Shown here: positions 8,852 to 18,375 of the stretch, piece by piece
How the letters are laid out: each line of letters opens with the position of its first letter
Numbering within the stretch: the first letter of the stretch is position 1
Origin: an uncultured Rhodobacteraceae bacterium
GTDB taxonomy: Bacteria > Pseudomonadota > Alphaproteobacteria > Rhodobacterales > Rhodobacteraceae
Direction of reading: 5' to 3'
Length of the DNA: 64,000 nucleotides
Assembly (NCBI GenBank): GCA_903930735.1
Contig: CAIYZT010000441.1
Span: forward strand, 2,975 to 66,974
The notes under the pieces: generated by a model
Told to the model about the DNA's origin: nothing
What the model saw: only the letters and a program-made list of their open reading frames with translations
Database searches by the model: none
Translations under genes and position numbers: made by a program

Positions 8852-9907
8852 TCAGCGACTTTCGATGATGTCGGTCAGTAGCGCCTTCTCAAAGGCTTCC
8901 TTACCTAGAGTCGCGGCATGGCCCAACTCGCGCAGCCATTTGCGATATTGGTTGGAAACCTTGTCGGTCGGCAGAGAAATCTCGTCAAGCGACAACCCGC
9001 CCGGCTGGGTCTCAATTACTGGCTGATCCTCGGCTAGAACGATCTTCTGGAAACGGATCGGCTGGTCGTCAGGGATGTCGGGGTCGGTATGAGCGATGAT
9101 CATGAAGTTACGGCAGGTGTCGGCGGTCACTGGGCTGGAGGTGGTCCAAAGCAGGAAGGGCTGATCGTTCCGGTAAAGCCTGATCGACAGGTTGATGGAG
9201 TAGGGCATAGCCGCACGGTAGGTCCAACTACCCAAGGGGCTTTCGGGCGGCAGGGTATTCAGCATGTCTTTGCCGGGTTCCAAAAAGAATTGCAGTTCGC
9301 CCCCGACGCGGTCGATGGGTACGATCGCCGGTTCGGAATAGGCCGGGTCATAAAGGGTGCCGGGGTGCACGTAGGCGAAATGCGAGAAATCGGTGAAATT
9401 CTCCCAGCGTCGCTCTGCCGAGCTGCCCCAGTCGTAAGGCACCCCGATTATCTGGCGCTTGAATTCGGGATTCTCCCAGGCCTCGCAATATGGGATCGAA
9501 CTGCAATTCCACGAGCTGTCCAGCCTCACCCAGATCAGTCCGTATTTCACCTCGCACTCATAAGCCTGGGTAAAAGCCTTTTTCGGGACCGGGTCGTTGG
9601 GGCATGCCGGGATCAGTTTACACTTGCCGTCCGAACCATACTGCCAGCCGTGATAGGGGCACTGCAGGCGGCCGTCCGGCAGGACCTTACCGGCCGACAG
9701 CTTAGCAAAGCGATGCGCGCAGCGATCGGCCATCGCGACGATCTTGTCGTCCAGCTTGGCAATCACGACAGCCTCCTCCAGCAAGACACGGCCGATAGGC
9801 CCTACGCCTTGCGCGTTGGACTCGGACAATTCCTGTAACGTCGCCACCGGATGCCAGAAGTGCCGCAAGTAGCTTTGGTCTTCGACCAACGGTCGCTGAA
9901 TGTTCAT
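8852..9907 (-). CDS. full-length Rieske non-haem iron oxygenase alpha subunit (VanA/phthalate-family type)
   Basis: Rieske motif CAHRFAKLSAGKVLPDGRLQCPYHGW plus catalytic motif NFTDFSHFAYVH. Start taken at MNIQRPL, which is preceded by AGGAG; the longest ORF reaches 9949. Confidence 0.85.
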   Translation of the reverse strand: MNIQRPLVEDQSYLRHFWHPVATLQELSESNAQGVGPIGRVLLEEAVVIAKLDDKIVAMADRCAHRFAKLSAGKVLPDGRLQCPYHGWQYGSDGKCKLIPACPNDPVPKKAFTQAYECEVKYGLIWVRLDSSWNCSSIPYCEAWENPEFKRQIIGVPYDWGSSAERRWENFTDFSHFAYVHPGTLYDPAYSEPAIVPIDRVGGELQFFLEPGKDMLNTLPPESPLGSWTYRAAMPYSINLSIRLYRNDQPFLLWTTSSPVTADTCRNFMIIAHTDPDIPDDQPIRFQKIVLAEDQPVIETQPGGLSLDEISLPTDKVSNQYRKWLRELGHAATLGKEAFEKALLTDIIESR

Positions 9908-10099
9908 GCCAGACTCCTGTTTCACGCGAGCTTTGGTCAGATTACGCAAGTGCGTCCGTTCGCGAAAGTTGCTTGAATTATACCGGGCGTTCCATTTATT
10001 GAACGAAAAAGCTGTCCTTCGGGTGTTGTCATGTGCGGACGGCTCCGATTACGCAAGGGCAGCCAAGGCATCTACTACACCGGCTTTGACGCCAACTAG

Positions 10100-10234
10100 G
10101 CCAGCCTGATCATCGGCATTCTTCTGCTGCTGGCGGTCTTAATGAACAACACTTTCCGCAAGGCTGCGTTGTCCTACACGCCCAAGGCTCACAAACCCAG
10201 GTCCACCGCTGGCACCGCAAAGGTGAAAGCATGA
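10100..10234 (+). pseudogene. C-terminal remnant of a sugar-ABC permease
   Basis: Only 44 codons are open (..[18 protein letters not shown]..). The stop overlaps the ATG of the following ATPase (GCATGA), as in an intact operon. An in-frame TAG lies directly upstream. Confidence 0.4.
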
Positions 10235-11057
10235 CCGCGCCCCAAATGACCTCTCCTGCGAAGTCAGCATCCCTTCTCAGATTGTCCAACATCAACAAAA
10301 GCTTCGGCCCGATCGACGTCTTGCACGACATCTCGCTCGAGGTCTATCGAGGCGAGGTCCTGTGCCTTCTGGGCGACAACGGTGCTGGCAAATCGACGCT
10401 GATCCGGCTTCTGTCGGGCGTGCACAAACCGACTTCGGGCACGCGGTGCATTTCGCCAGCCCGCGCGAAGCCAGCAAAGCTGGGATCGCCACGGTGCATC
10501 AATTCGGCGGCACTTTTCCCTTGATGTCGATCGGCCGGTCTTCCTTTGTCGGTCAAGAGCCTAGAAAGGGCCGGGGCCCGTTCCAGGTCTATGACCGCAA
10601 ACGCGCCAACGAGATCGCGGTCAAAGCTGTGCGCGATCTCGGCACTACCCGAATCACCGACGGCGACCGGCTGGGAGGCGGCCTTGCCGGCGGCGAACGG
10701 CAATCGCTGGCGATCGCCCGAACCTTGCATTTCGGCGCCCGTGTTCTGATCCTTGATGAACCCACTGCCGCACTTGGAGTAAAGCAGGCCGCCCATGTAT
10801 TGCGCATTGTCAACGAGGCCGAGCGTCGGGGCCTTGCCGTGGTGTTCATTACCCATCAGGTCATGCACGCGATGGCGGTGGGCGCCCACTTTGCCGTCCT
10901 GATCCGCGGTGCCATCGCCGCTGATTTTCGTAAGGGCGAGAGAACTCGAGAAGAGATTGCCGACTTGATGGCCGGCGGCGAAACCATGGCGACGCTGGAG
11001 GCCTCGGTCAAAGATTACATGGAAGCTCATGAAGGCTACGCGCCGACAATGGCCTGA
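10231..11057 (+). pseudogene. frameshifted sugar-type ABC ATP-binding protein
   Basis: Walker [10 protein letters not shown] and ..GVHKPTSG lie in frame 1. The continuation [20 protein letters not shown]...GGERQ...LILDEPT lies in another frame. About 8 codons are missing at around 10440-10446. The signature motif is degenerate (LAGGERQ). Confidence 0.75.
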
Positions 11058-11284
11058 TCTAATCCCATTGGGCGGTCTTCTCCCGACCGCCCCGAACTGT
11101 CCGTCGCGCCTCTCCACCGCGCGGATCTTGCCAACGATCCGGGCCAGAAACCGTTTGGCCCGGATCACCCCTTTTTTGGCCCTATCCATTCAAATCGCGG
11201 CCAAAGGAAGATAATTGACTCAAGAATCCTTCGGCACCGGACGACAACGAAGGCGGCTTCCGGCATGCCACGGCCCGGGGCGGA

Positions 11285-11740
11285 TCAGGTCCTGCTTCGC
11301 CATTTGAGCACTCGAAATCCGGGGCAAGCCTTCGCAGCATACTCGTTGTGTCCGGAAACACGGGACACGGCAGTTCGGTCAGCGATTTCCGTCAAGAGGC
11401 CGCGCAAGGCTAGATCCTGCGCCGCTGCGAAATTCTTCTCGAACGGATCATCCGCGGTCGATCCCGCACCGCCGACTAGGCAGATGTGGATGACACCACG
11501 GTTGTGCCCCTCCACGCCCGCTCCGATCTCGGTTTCCGGACGGCCGGGCAATGTGCTGCCATCCCGATCGATCAGGTGGTGGTAGCCTATATCGCGCCAG
11601 CCGCGCTGGTCCACATGCCAGCGCCGGATTTCGGCGCGCTTGGCGGCGAGGGATTGGCCCTTCATCCAGCCCGGCGGCGTCGCGCTGCAATGGATGACGA
11701 TTTCGGAGACGGGATATCGGGCAGTGCCTTGGTAGATCAT
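11285..11740 (-). CDS. N-acetylmuramoyl-L-alanine amidase (PGRP/T7-lysozyme-like endolysin)
   Basis: IVIHCSAT...IGYHHLIDRDG...GHNRGVIHICLVGG...GHNEYAAKACPGF. AAGGAG lies before the ATG. Confidence 0.9.
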   Translation of the reverse strand: MIYQGTARYPVSEIVIHCSATPPGWMKGQSLAAKRAEIRRWHVDQRGWRDIGYHHLIDRDGSTLPGRPETEIGAGVEGHNRGVIHICLVGGAGSTADDPFEKNFAAAQDLALRGLLTEIADRTAVSRVSGHNEYAAKACPGFRVLKWRSRT

Positions 11741-11763
11741 GTCTTTCTCCTTGGACTAGTTGA

Positions 11764-11859
11764 TCAGTGGCTTAGGAAGGCGAAGACGCCGACCGCAATC
11801 GCGGCGCCCCAGAAGATGAGTTCGCGGCTGAGACGGCGGAGTGTGTCACCGCGTTTCAT
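11764..11859 (-). CDS. 31-aa single-TM peptide between holin and endolysin (lysis accessory candidate)
   Basis: My translation MKRGDTLRRLSRELIFWGAAIAVGVFAFLSH. It overlaps the holin 3' end by 14 nt and is below the ORF-track size cutoff. Confidence 0.35.
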   Translation of the reverse strand: MKRGDTLRRLSRELIFWGAAIAVGVFAFLSH

Positions 11860-12187
11860 CGGACTTCCTCTTGGCTTCGGCACTGCGGGCGCGGATCATG
11901 TCGATCAAGAGCCCAGCGATGGAAATGCCGCCGAGGCCCACGATGAAGGAGGCGAAGCCGTTGCTGTCGCCGTTCGGAGCGAGATCGCCGATCATCGGGC
12001 TGATCAGCGGATTGACGAAGGGCCCGACATAGAGGGCGCAGATCGAGCCCACGAGAAGCGAGGCCACGCCGTCTTGCCAGCGTTCGCGCAGGGTGACCCA
12101 GCGCACGATGCCGCCTGCGGCGCCGGCAAGGGCGGTTTTAGCCTGGTCGGTCATGATCCATGACCAGAAGTCGTTCTGGTTTGCCAC
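11846..12187 (-). CDS. holin-like membrane protein
   Basis: 113 aa with predicted TM stretches (LLVGSICALYVGPFV, FASFIVGLGGISIAGLLI) and a charged C-terminus. It lies directly upstream of the endolysin. GTG start with AAGGAG. Confidence 0.6.
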   Translation of the reverse strand: MANQNDFWSWIMTDQAKTALAGAAGGIVRWVTLRERWQDGVASLLVGSICALYVGPFVNPLISPMIGDLAPNGDSNGFASFIVGLGGISIAGLLIDMIRARSAEAKRKSDETR

Positions 12188-12238
12188 GAAGGGCTCCTTT
12201 TCGGTTGGGGAGGAGAAAGAAAAGTTGGAACGGCCGGG

Positions 12239-13927
12239 TCAGGACCAGCTGCCGCCGAGCGCTGCGGCCGGGCCGAGGTAGATGCATTCGAAATAGCTGC
12301 CTGCGTTGACAACAGCAGCGGCGGCCACATCAAGCGCGATGGAGGGAATGATGGTCCCGGCGGTGGTGATCTCGAAGGTTCCGTGGATCGAAGCGCGCAG
12401 GGCCACCGATGTCGCAACCGATGCGAGGGAGCCGCCACTGGTGGGGACGTCGGATGCCGTTCCCGAGGTGGCAGTGGTACCGCCGACCGCGACGGTGCCG
12501 CGCGAGCCGAAGTCCTGCATGGACATCTTGCCGAAGACGGCCGTACCCGCACCTTTCAGATCGAACTTCGCCGATCCGCTCGTGGTCGACATCGAGGTCA
12601 GCAGCAGCGAACAGGAGAAGCGGTAGGTGCCCGCAGCCAGGGACAGCGCGCCATTCGGCGACCAGTTGAACAGTTTCTGGGCCGTTGTGATGCTGGTCAG
12701 AGTGTAGTTCGCCTGCAGCACGCCGTAGATAGCGGTGGCCGACGCGCCGCCCGCCAGATCAATCGACACCCCGCCTTGGCAGCCCCGGAATTTCCCTGTG
12801 CTGGAGTTGTACCAGAGGTCCCCATCGGCCACCGTGCCCGGGTCGCCCGCATTCGGGTTCAGCTGCAGCGCCACCATGGCGCGGACCCGACCGGAGGTTC
12901 GTTCCAGCTGCAGGGCGTTGAACCAAGTGGCGCCATCGGGCGACACCTTGATCTGAAAATCATCCGAACCGGTGAGGCCAAACTCCGCCCGGCCGGAAAA
13001 TCCGGTCTGAAACAGGAAGGAGCCGGTGTCGGTGGCTGCGGCCTTGTTGACCTTGACCTGATGCCCGGCACCAGCGTGGTTGAAGAGGCTGGCCGGGGCG
13101 TTGATCGACAGGCGGTTGGTGGCGTCTGCAGAAGCACCACCAAGCCCGAGGTAGAGGGCTGAAACATTCGCCGCCGCCATGGCAATGGCCGACACGCTGC
13201 TGCCGAAAGTCACGGTCGGGTTGTTGATCGTGAGCGTGCCCAGCGCCCCGGCTATTGCCGAGCCGATGGTCACGTTGGTCGTCGAACCCGAAACCCCGGC
13301 CGTGCCGATGTTCACGGTCTTGGAGTTGCCGTTCAGCGTGGCACCTGTGGCGAGGTTCATGGTCCCGGTGCCGGTCGAGGTGCCGAGATCATTGTTCGCC
13401 GCCGAAAGCGTCTGCTTGGACGAGAAGGTTTGGGCCACGGCGAGCCCGGCGAGGGAAGTGGTCGCATCCGGCAAAGTGAAGACCCGCGTCGCCCCGGCAG
13501 TAAACCCCGCGATCTGGAACCGGGCCTGCTTCGTCGGGTCGATGTCGTCCTGCAGTGTAAAGGCCGCGTCACTGAAAACACCGGTAATCAACCCGGCCCA
13601 GATGCCAGTCCCTGCATTGTAGTGAAGCAACGTGTCGGTGCTGACGTCAACGGCGGCCCAGCCATCGAGGGGCGCATAGAAGGCCCACGCCCCATCCTGC
13701 CATGCTGCAATCTGCCCCGCATGTCCCGCCCAGGCGCCCGTCGGCGATGACGGGATGATCCAGCGCTGGCCTTCGGTCGGGCTCCCGGGTGGCGTGGCCA
13801 GCGCCGCGCTCTGGACGGTGACCTGCACCAAGGCATCCAAACGGCGCAGGGCTTCGTTGACCGTGACATGCTTTTGCGACTGGTTGGCGGCGAGATAAGG
13901 CAGAACCAGATTGGGCGTATCCGCCAT
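12239..13927 (-). CDS. DUF2793-type tail fibre protein
   Basis: N-terminus LVLPYLAANQSQKHVTVNEALRRLDALVQ is followed by Gly/Thr/Ala-rich fibre-like repeats. It lies directly downstream of the g15 homologue. Confidence 0.8.
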   Translation of the reverse strand: MADTPNLVLPYLAANQSQKHVTVNEALRRLDALVQVTVQSAALATPPGSPTEGQRWIIPSSPTGAWAGHAGQIAAWQDGAWAFYAPLDGWAAVDVSTDTLLHYNAGTGIWAGLITGVFSDAAFTLQDDIDPTKQARFQIAGFTAGATRVFTLPDATTSLAGLAVAQTFSSKQTLSAANNDLGTSTGTGTMNLATGATLNGNSKTVNIGTAGVSGSTTNVTIGSAIAGALGTLTINNPTVTFGSSVSAIAMAAANVSALYLGLGGASADATNRLSINAPASLFNHAGAGHQVKVNKAAATDTGSFLFQTGFSGRAEFGLTGSDDFQIKVSPDGATWFNALQLERTSGRVRAMVALQLNPNAGDPGTVADGDLWYNSSTGKFRGCQGGVSIDLAGGASATAIYGVLQANYTLTSITTAQKLFNWSPNGALSLAAGTYRFSCSLLLTSMSTTSGSAKFDLKGAGTAVFGKMSMQDFGSRGTVAVGGTTATSGTASDVPTSGGSLASVATSVALRASIHGTFEITTAGTIIPSIALDVAAAAVVNAGSYFECIYLGPAAALGGSWS

Positions 13928-13937
13928 GGGAATTCTC

Positions 13938-16900
13938 CTACGGTGTCAGGGTGGTTTCAGCCGGGGCGCCGCGACCAAGCTGGCCGTTCTGGAAAACCCG
14001 GAGGCGCAGGCTGGTTACAGGTGCGCCGAAATCGGCGGTCTGCATCGCGGCAGTGTAGGTCCAGGTGGCGTTCCCGATGCCTGAAACGGTGCGCACCACT
14101 GTTCCCCCGCCGGTCAGGATCTCGACGTCATAGGTTTCCGAAGCTTCGCCCAGCGGCACTTCAGGGGAATTCCAGCTGTCGCCAGCCAGCGACCGGGTCC
14201 GACGCAGCCAGGTGATCGCAATGTCGTCCGAGCCCTGCCAGATGCCCTTGATCCCCACCACACTCCAGGGGCGAAGGCCGCGGCCCTCAGGTGTGAAGGT
14301 CAGGGGCAGGTTCACGGCATCGCCCGCCGCGCGGTCGATCGGGCCAATCCGCCAATTCCACGGCATGCCAAGCTCGGCCTCGGTCACCGGCAGCGGCACC
14401 AGCGCAGAATTCAGAAACACGATCCGACTGCCGATCGGGACCGTCGGCACAACGGCATCTTCCGTCCCCGACTGACCGCGCAGCAGGCGGGAGAGTTGCC
14501 ACCGACCGGTCGCGACGATGCTGGCCAGAGCGAACTGCAAAACCTCCCAGTTGCCCGGGGCGGTTTCCAAGGCCATTGCATTGGCGCCCGCAAACAGTTG
14601 CTCGTCGGTCACGCTTTGCAGTGACCCGGACGCGATATCGACCAATAGGGAATTCGCCAGATCGAACCTCCATGACGGCCCGGTCGCCAGTGCTGCCGCG
14701 AGGGTACCGAACTGAGCCGGGGTGGAGGCCGTGGAGAACAGCGAGAACCCATCGAGCGAGGCGCTGCGCCAGATCGCGGCCTGGCCATACCAGGGCGAGG
14801 CCGCAACCGCTGCGAGAGGTCGGTAGGCCGGGATATCCTCCGACAGCTGCGGCAGGTCGAGGATTTCCGCATCGGGTGGGCCATAGACCACCGGCACGGC
14901 GGTCGAGACGCCACGTGACGGGCCCTCCGGCAAGCCGTAGACCGTCTGGTCTCGTCTGGACGCCTCCACCCGTCTTGCCTCGCCATCAGCGATCTGCGTC
15001 AGCGCGAAGTCGAGGCTGCGGCCATTATTCTCGATTGAGACGACATCGGTCGGGTCGAGGGCTAGGCGCGATGGCGGCAGGGCGAAGGCTGCGGTTTCCC
15101 TGCCGATCCAAGCCTCAAAAAGCGCGCGACGAGCATTGCGATCAGCCGTCGCGGGGGGATGGGCGATAGCGAATTGCTCGGCCTGCACCCGGACGGAATC
15201 CACCGTCACGCGGCGGGCTTCAACTGTGACCGCCTCATAATCCTCGTCCGCCGACAGCATGCGCCACTTCAGCACGCGCGGCAGTTCGGTCTCCTGACCC
15301 CGGGTGAATTCGATATCCTCGCCCTCGGGCCGGTCGGCCGCGACGAGATCGACGGCGGTGATCGTGGCCGCCGATTTCCCACCCCGCGGCACGAAGCGCA
15401 GCAGTCCCTGGCTTTCCACGGCATCAAAGCCGAAATACCGGGCCAGCGGCGCGATGGATGCCCGAGGGCTTTCCAGCGCCGCGATCACGAATCCCGGCAC
15501 GGCATCGGCGAGCCGAGAAACATCAAGGGCGTTGGGATCGATGCCCGACCGCGCGCAGATATCACGCACCAGATCCCCAAGGCTGGCATTGCCCAGTCGT
15601 CCGTTCAGCCAATGCCCGACTTCCCAATTGGCGGTGTCGCCCCAGACATCGTTTCGGCCGGGCCAGGCGGGATAGGGCCGCCCATCCCAGCACCAGACCG
15701 CACATTCGCCCAAGTCGATCATCGGGGCGGCATAGATGGTCGAGACCGGGTTGTTGCCCGGGTCGGACCAGTAGCCGATCAGTGCTTCCAGATATCGGCG
15801 CTGGATCGCGTCGTCCCGCGCGCCGGTCGAAAAGTGGGGCAATTCGCTTTCGGAGCTTTTCGGATCGAAGAAGACGTTCGGCTGGTTGGTGCCCTTGTCT
15901 ACGGCCGGGCAACCGATCTCGGTGAAGCGGAAGGGCTTTGACTGCGGCACCCATGCGGTGGCGCTGGCACTCTCCACCCCACCCGGGCGGTTCTTGTGGC
16001 TGTTCATCCACCAGCTGCGGAAATCCTTCGCCCGGAAGACCCAAGGCTTAGCTGCGGCGCCATCGGTGATTGCCGTGCGAGTCTGGGCGTTGCGGGCGGC
16101 GTCGGAGGCATAGAACCAGTCGAAATACTCGCCACCCTCGATGTTGGATTGCAGATAGGTCGGGTCGTGGATGCCCGACCAACCGCCCGAGGTATCGAGG
16201 TGCGATGTGCCATCGCGCCAGTCCGACAAAGGCAAATAGTTGTCGACCCCGATGAAATTGATGTTGGCATCGGCCCAGAGCGGGTCGAGGTGGAAATAGA
16301 TGTCCCCGGTGCCATCGCCCGGCTGGTGGCCGAAGTATTCGGACCAGTCGGCGGCATAGCCGATCTTGGTGCCCGGCCCGAGGATCGCCCGACAATCAGC
16401 GGCGAGGGTCTGCAGGGCCGCGACGGCCGGATAGGTGCTGGCGGCCGAACGGGCCGTGGTCAGACCGCGCAGTTCGGACCCGATCAGGAAGCTGTCGACG
16501 CCACCCGCGGCGACGCAAAGCTTGGCATAATGCAGCACCATCCGGCGATAGCCCCATTCAGAAGGCGAGCCGGTCCAGCTGACAGCTGTGCCGCTGGTCG
16601 AGAAGTTGGCAGCAGAGGCGGAGCCGAAGAAGGCGCTGACTTGCATGGCCGCCGCCCCGGTCTTGTCCACCGTTCCGGTCTGCCCCGCTGCCGGCGCGAC
16701 GGTGATCCTGCCCCTCCAGGGATAGATGGGCTGGCCGAGGGTCGCCCCGTTGGCGCTGTAGGGGTTCGGCAGGGTGTTCCCGGCTGGCACATCCATCATC
16801 ACGAAGGGATAGAAGGTGATCCGTTTGCCACGCCCGCGGAGATCCTGGATCGACTGCACCACCGCGAAATCTGCCGGTGTGCCGCCGAAGGCGGCTGCAC

Positions 16901-17894
16901 CCCCGACCCGGCTGATGAGATGCGCCCCGGTTCGGGTCACACCATTCACCGCCCATGACTTCGGCGATGTGGTCTTGGTAGTGGTCTCCACGCCCGGCTG
17001 GATCAGACAGGAACCGGCACGCAGATCCGTGCCGAACCAGCTGACGACCAGCGATACGGCCTCAAAGTTGGGTGCCACCTGTTCGAGGTTGTCGAGCGAG
17101 GCAGGCAGGTCCGCCTTGCCGAAGGTGCTGTTCTGGTTCTCGGGCACCGTCGTGCCGCCCGACGACCGTGTGATCGTCTCGGTGGCGTAGACGAATTCGC
17201 CAGCGCCGGGGATCAGGTTCACGGCCCGGATCAGGCTTTCCGCCGAGCCGTCGGCCAGTGTCGGCCGGATCACCTCGAAGGACAGTTGGGGAATTCGATT
17301 GCCGAACCTCTCGAGCGGCAATTCCTCGAAGACGACATAGGCCATGCCGCGATAGGCCGGCGCATTGCCCGCGCCCATCTTGGCGGTGATAAACGGATCG
17401 GGCAGCTGCGCCTCAGTGCCGGTGTAGACCCGCCAGACCGCGCTTGGCAGGTCGAAAGGTTTGCCGTCGGCCCAGATCCGGCCGATCCCCGAAATCGGAC
17501 CCTCGCAAAGGCCGACCGCGAAGGAGCAGGAATAGGAGTAGGTCGTGGTCTTGACCTCACCGCCGCCACCGCCCTTGCCGCTTCCGCCCTGCGTCGTAGT
17601 CGTGGATTTCTCCAGGAAATCGGTGGCCCAGAAGATATTGCCGCCGATCTTCATGCGCCCGTAGACGTTCGGAATGACCGACCCTTCGGTGGACGAAGTC
17701 ACCCGCAGACTTTCCAGCCGCGCGCCTTCAGAAATCTGGTTCGGGGCGAAAGAGGCGATGATCCGGCTGTCGATGATCGTGCCGATGATTGACCCCGCCG
17801 CCTGGCCAAGCACAGCCCCGGACAAGCCGAGGATCGTGCCGCCAAAGCCTGCACCGATCGAGGCACCAGCAGCGGCAAGGACAATGGAGGCCAT
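13938..17894 (-). CDS. RcGTA g15-like host-specificity / baseplate protein
   Basis: 1318 aa. The N-terminal Gly-rich TM-like segment is followed by YGRMKIGGNIFWATDF...GRIWADGKPF..., which is typical of GTA g15 / phage tail central-fibre proteins. Confidence 0.9.
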   Translation of the reverse strand: MASIVLAAAGASIGAGFGGTILGLSGAVLGQAAGSIIGTIIDSRIIASFAPNQISEGARLESLRVTSSTEGSVIPNVYGRMKIGGNIFWATDFLEKSTTTTQGGSGKGGGGGEVKTTTYSYSCSFAVGLCEGPISGIGRIWADGKPFDLPSAVWRVYTGTEAQLPDPFITAKMGAGNAPAYRGMAYVVFEELPLERFGNRIPQLSFEVIRPTLADGSAESLIRAVNLIPGAGEFVYATETITRSSGGTTVPENQNSTFGKADLPASLDNLEQVAPNFEAVSLVVSWFGTDLRAGSCLIQPGVETTTKTTSPKSWAVNGVTRTGAHLISRVGGAAAFGGTPADFAVVQSIQDLRGRGKRITFYPFVMMDVPAGNTLPNPYSANGATLGQPIYPWRGRITVAPAAGQTGTVDKTGAAAMQVSAFFGSASAANFSTSGTAVSWTGSPSEWGYRRMVLHYAKLCVAAGGVDSFLIGSELRGLTTARSAASTYPAVAALQTLAADCRAILGPGTKIGYAADWSEYFGHQPGDGTGDIYFHLDPLWADANINFIGVDNYLPLSDWRDGTSHLDTSGGWSGIHDPTYLQSNIEGGEYFDWFYASDAARNAQTRTAITDGAAAKPWVFRAKDFRSWWMNSHKNRPGGVESASATAWVPQSKPFRFTEIGCPAVDKGTNQPNVFFDPKSSESELPHFSTGARDDAIQRRYLEALIGYWSDPGNNPVSTIYAAPMIDLGECAVWCWDGRPYPAWPGRNDVWGDTANWEVGHWLNGRLGNASLGDLVRDICARSGIDPNALDVSRLADAVPGFVIAALESPRASIAPLARYFGFDAVESQGLLRFVPRGGKSAATITAVDLVAADRPEGEDIEFTRGQETELPRVLKWRMLSADEDYEAVTVEARRVTVDSVRVQAEQFAIAHPPATADRNARRALFEAWIGRETAAFALPPSRLALDPTDVVSIENNGRSLDFALTQIADGEARRVEASRRDQTVYGLPEGPSRGVSTAVPVVYGPPDAEILDLPQLSEDIPAYRPLAAVAASPWYGQAAIWRSASLDGFSLFSTASTPAQFGTLAAALATGPSWRFDLANSLLVDIASGSLQSVTDEQLFAGANAMALETAPGNWEVLQFALASIVATGRWQLSRLLRGQSGTEDAVVPTVPIGSRIVFLNSALVPLPVTEAELGMPWNWRIGPIDRAAGDAVNLPLTFTPEGRGLRPWSVVGIKGIWQGSDDIAITWLRRTRSLAGDSWNSPEVPLGEASETYDVEILTGGGTVVRTVSGIGNATWTYTAAMQTADFGAPVTSLRLRVFQNGQLGRGAPAETTLTP

Positions 17895-18364
17895 CAGATC
17901 ACCTCAAGGGCTGCGGGGAAGACGAACGCGAAGGTGGCGCGGCGCGACCAGGCCGGGGTGAAAGCCTCTTCGACGACGCCCGAGCGGTCGTAGGCGTGGA
18001 GCAAAGTGGGCCGGACCACGCTGGCGCCCAAGATGCCGCAATGCTTGGCGGGAATGCGCGGCCCCATGCGGAACAGGATCAGCGCACCAGGACCGGCGTC
18101 GTCCAGCGCCACCTCAATCAGGGCCGCCCGTGCCGCTTCGACCAGGACTTCGCGGCGACCTGCCTCGCCCCAATCGCGGGAATAGGGCGGTACTTCCCAA
18201 GGCTCGTCGCCATGTAGGGCCCGCCAGATGCCGCGGGCCAGGCCAAGGCAGTCGCAGCCGACGCCTTGCAACGAAAATTGATGCAGATAGGGCGTTCCGA
18301 TCCAGGCGCGTGCGATGGCCAGCACGGCCGAGGGATCGGCCGGGGTCAAGGTGATGGCGGTCAT
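17894..18364 (-). CDS. RcGTA g14-like NlpC/P60 cell-wall peptidase
   Basis: ARAWIGTPYLHQFSLQGVGCDCLGLARGIW...HCGIL contains the Cys/His catalytic pair. Start taken at the internal ATG 18364 (MTAITL). Confidence 0.85.
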   Translation of the reverse strand: MTAITLTPADPSAVLAIARAWIGTPYLHQFSLQGVGCDCLGLARGIWRALHGDEPWEVPPYSRDWGEAGRREVLVEAARAALIEVALDDAGPGALILFRMGPRIPAKHCGILGASVVRPTLLHAYDRSGVVEEAFTPAWSRRATFAFVFPAALEVI

Positions 18365-18375
18365 GTGGAAACTCG

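Noticed and set aside
11171-11179. CTTTTTTGG shared between 11171-11179 and 51791-51799 as a prophage att core
   Set aside because: A 9-bp match is expected by chance in regions of this size, and no extended identity surrounds it.
10344-11189. 281-aa minus-strand ORF
   Set aside because: Antisense to the recognisable, frameshifted ABC ATPase gene. Arg/Gly-rich with no motifs.
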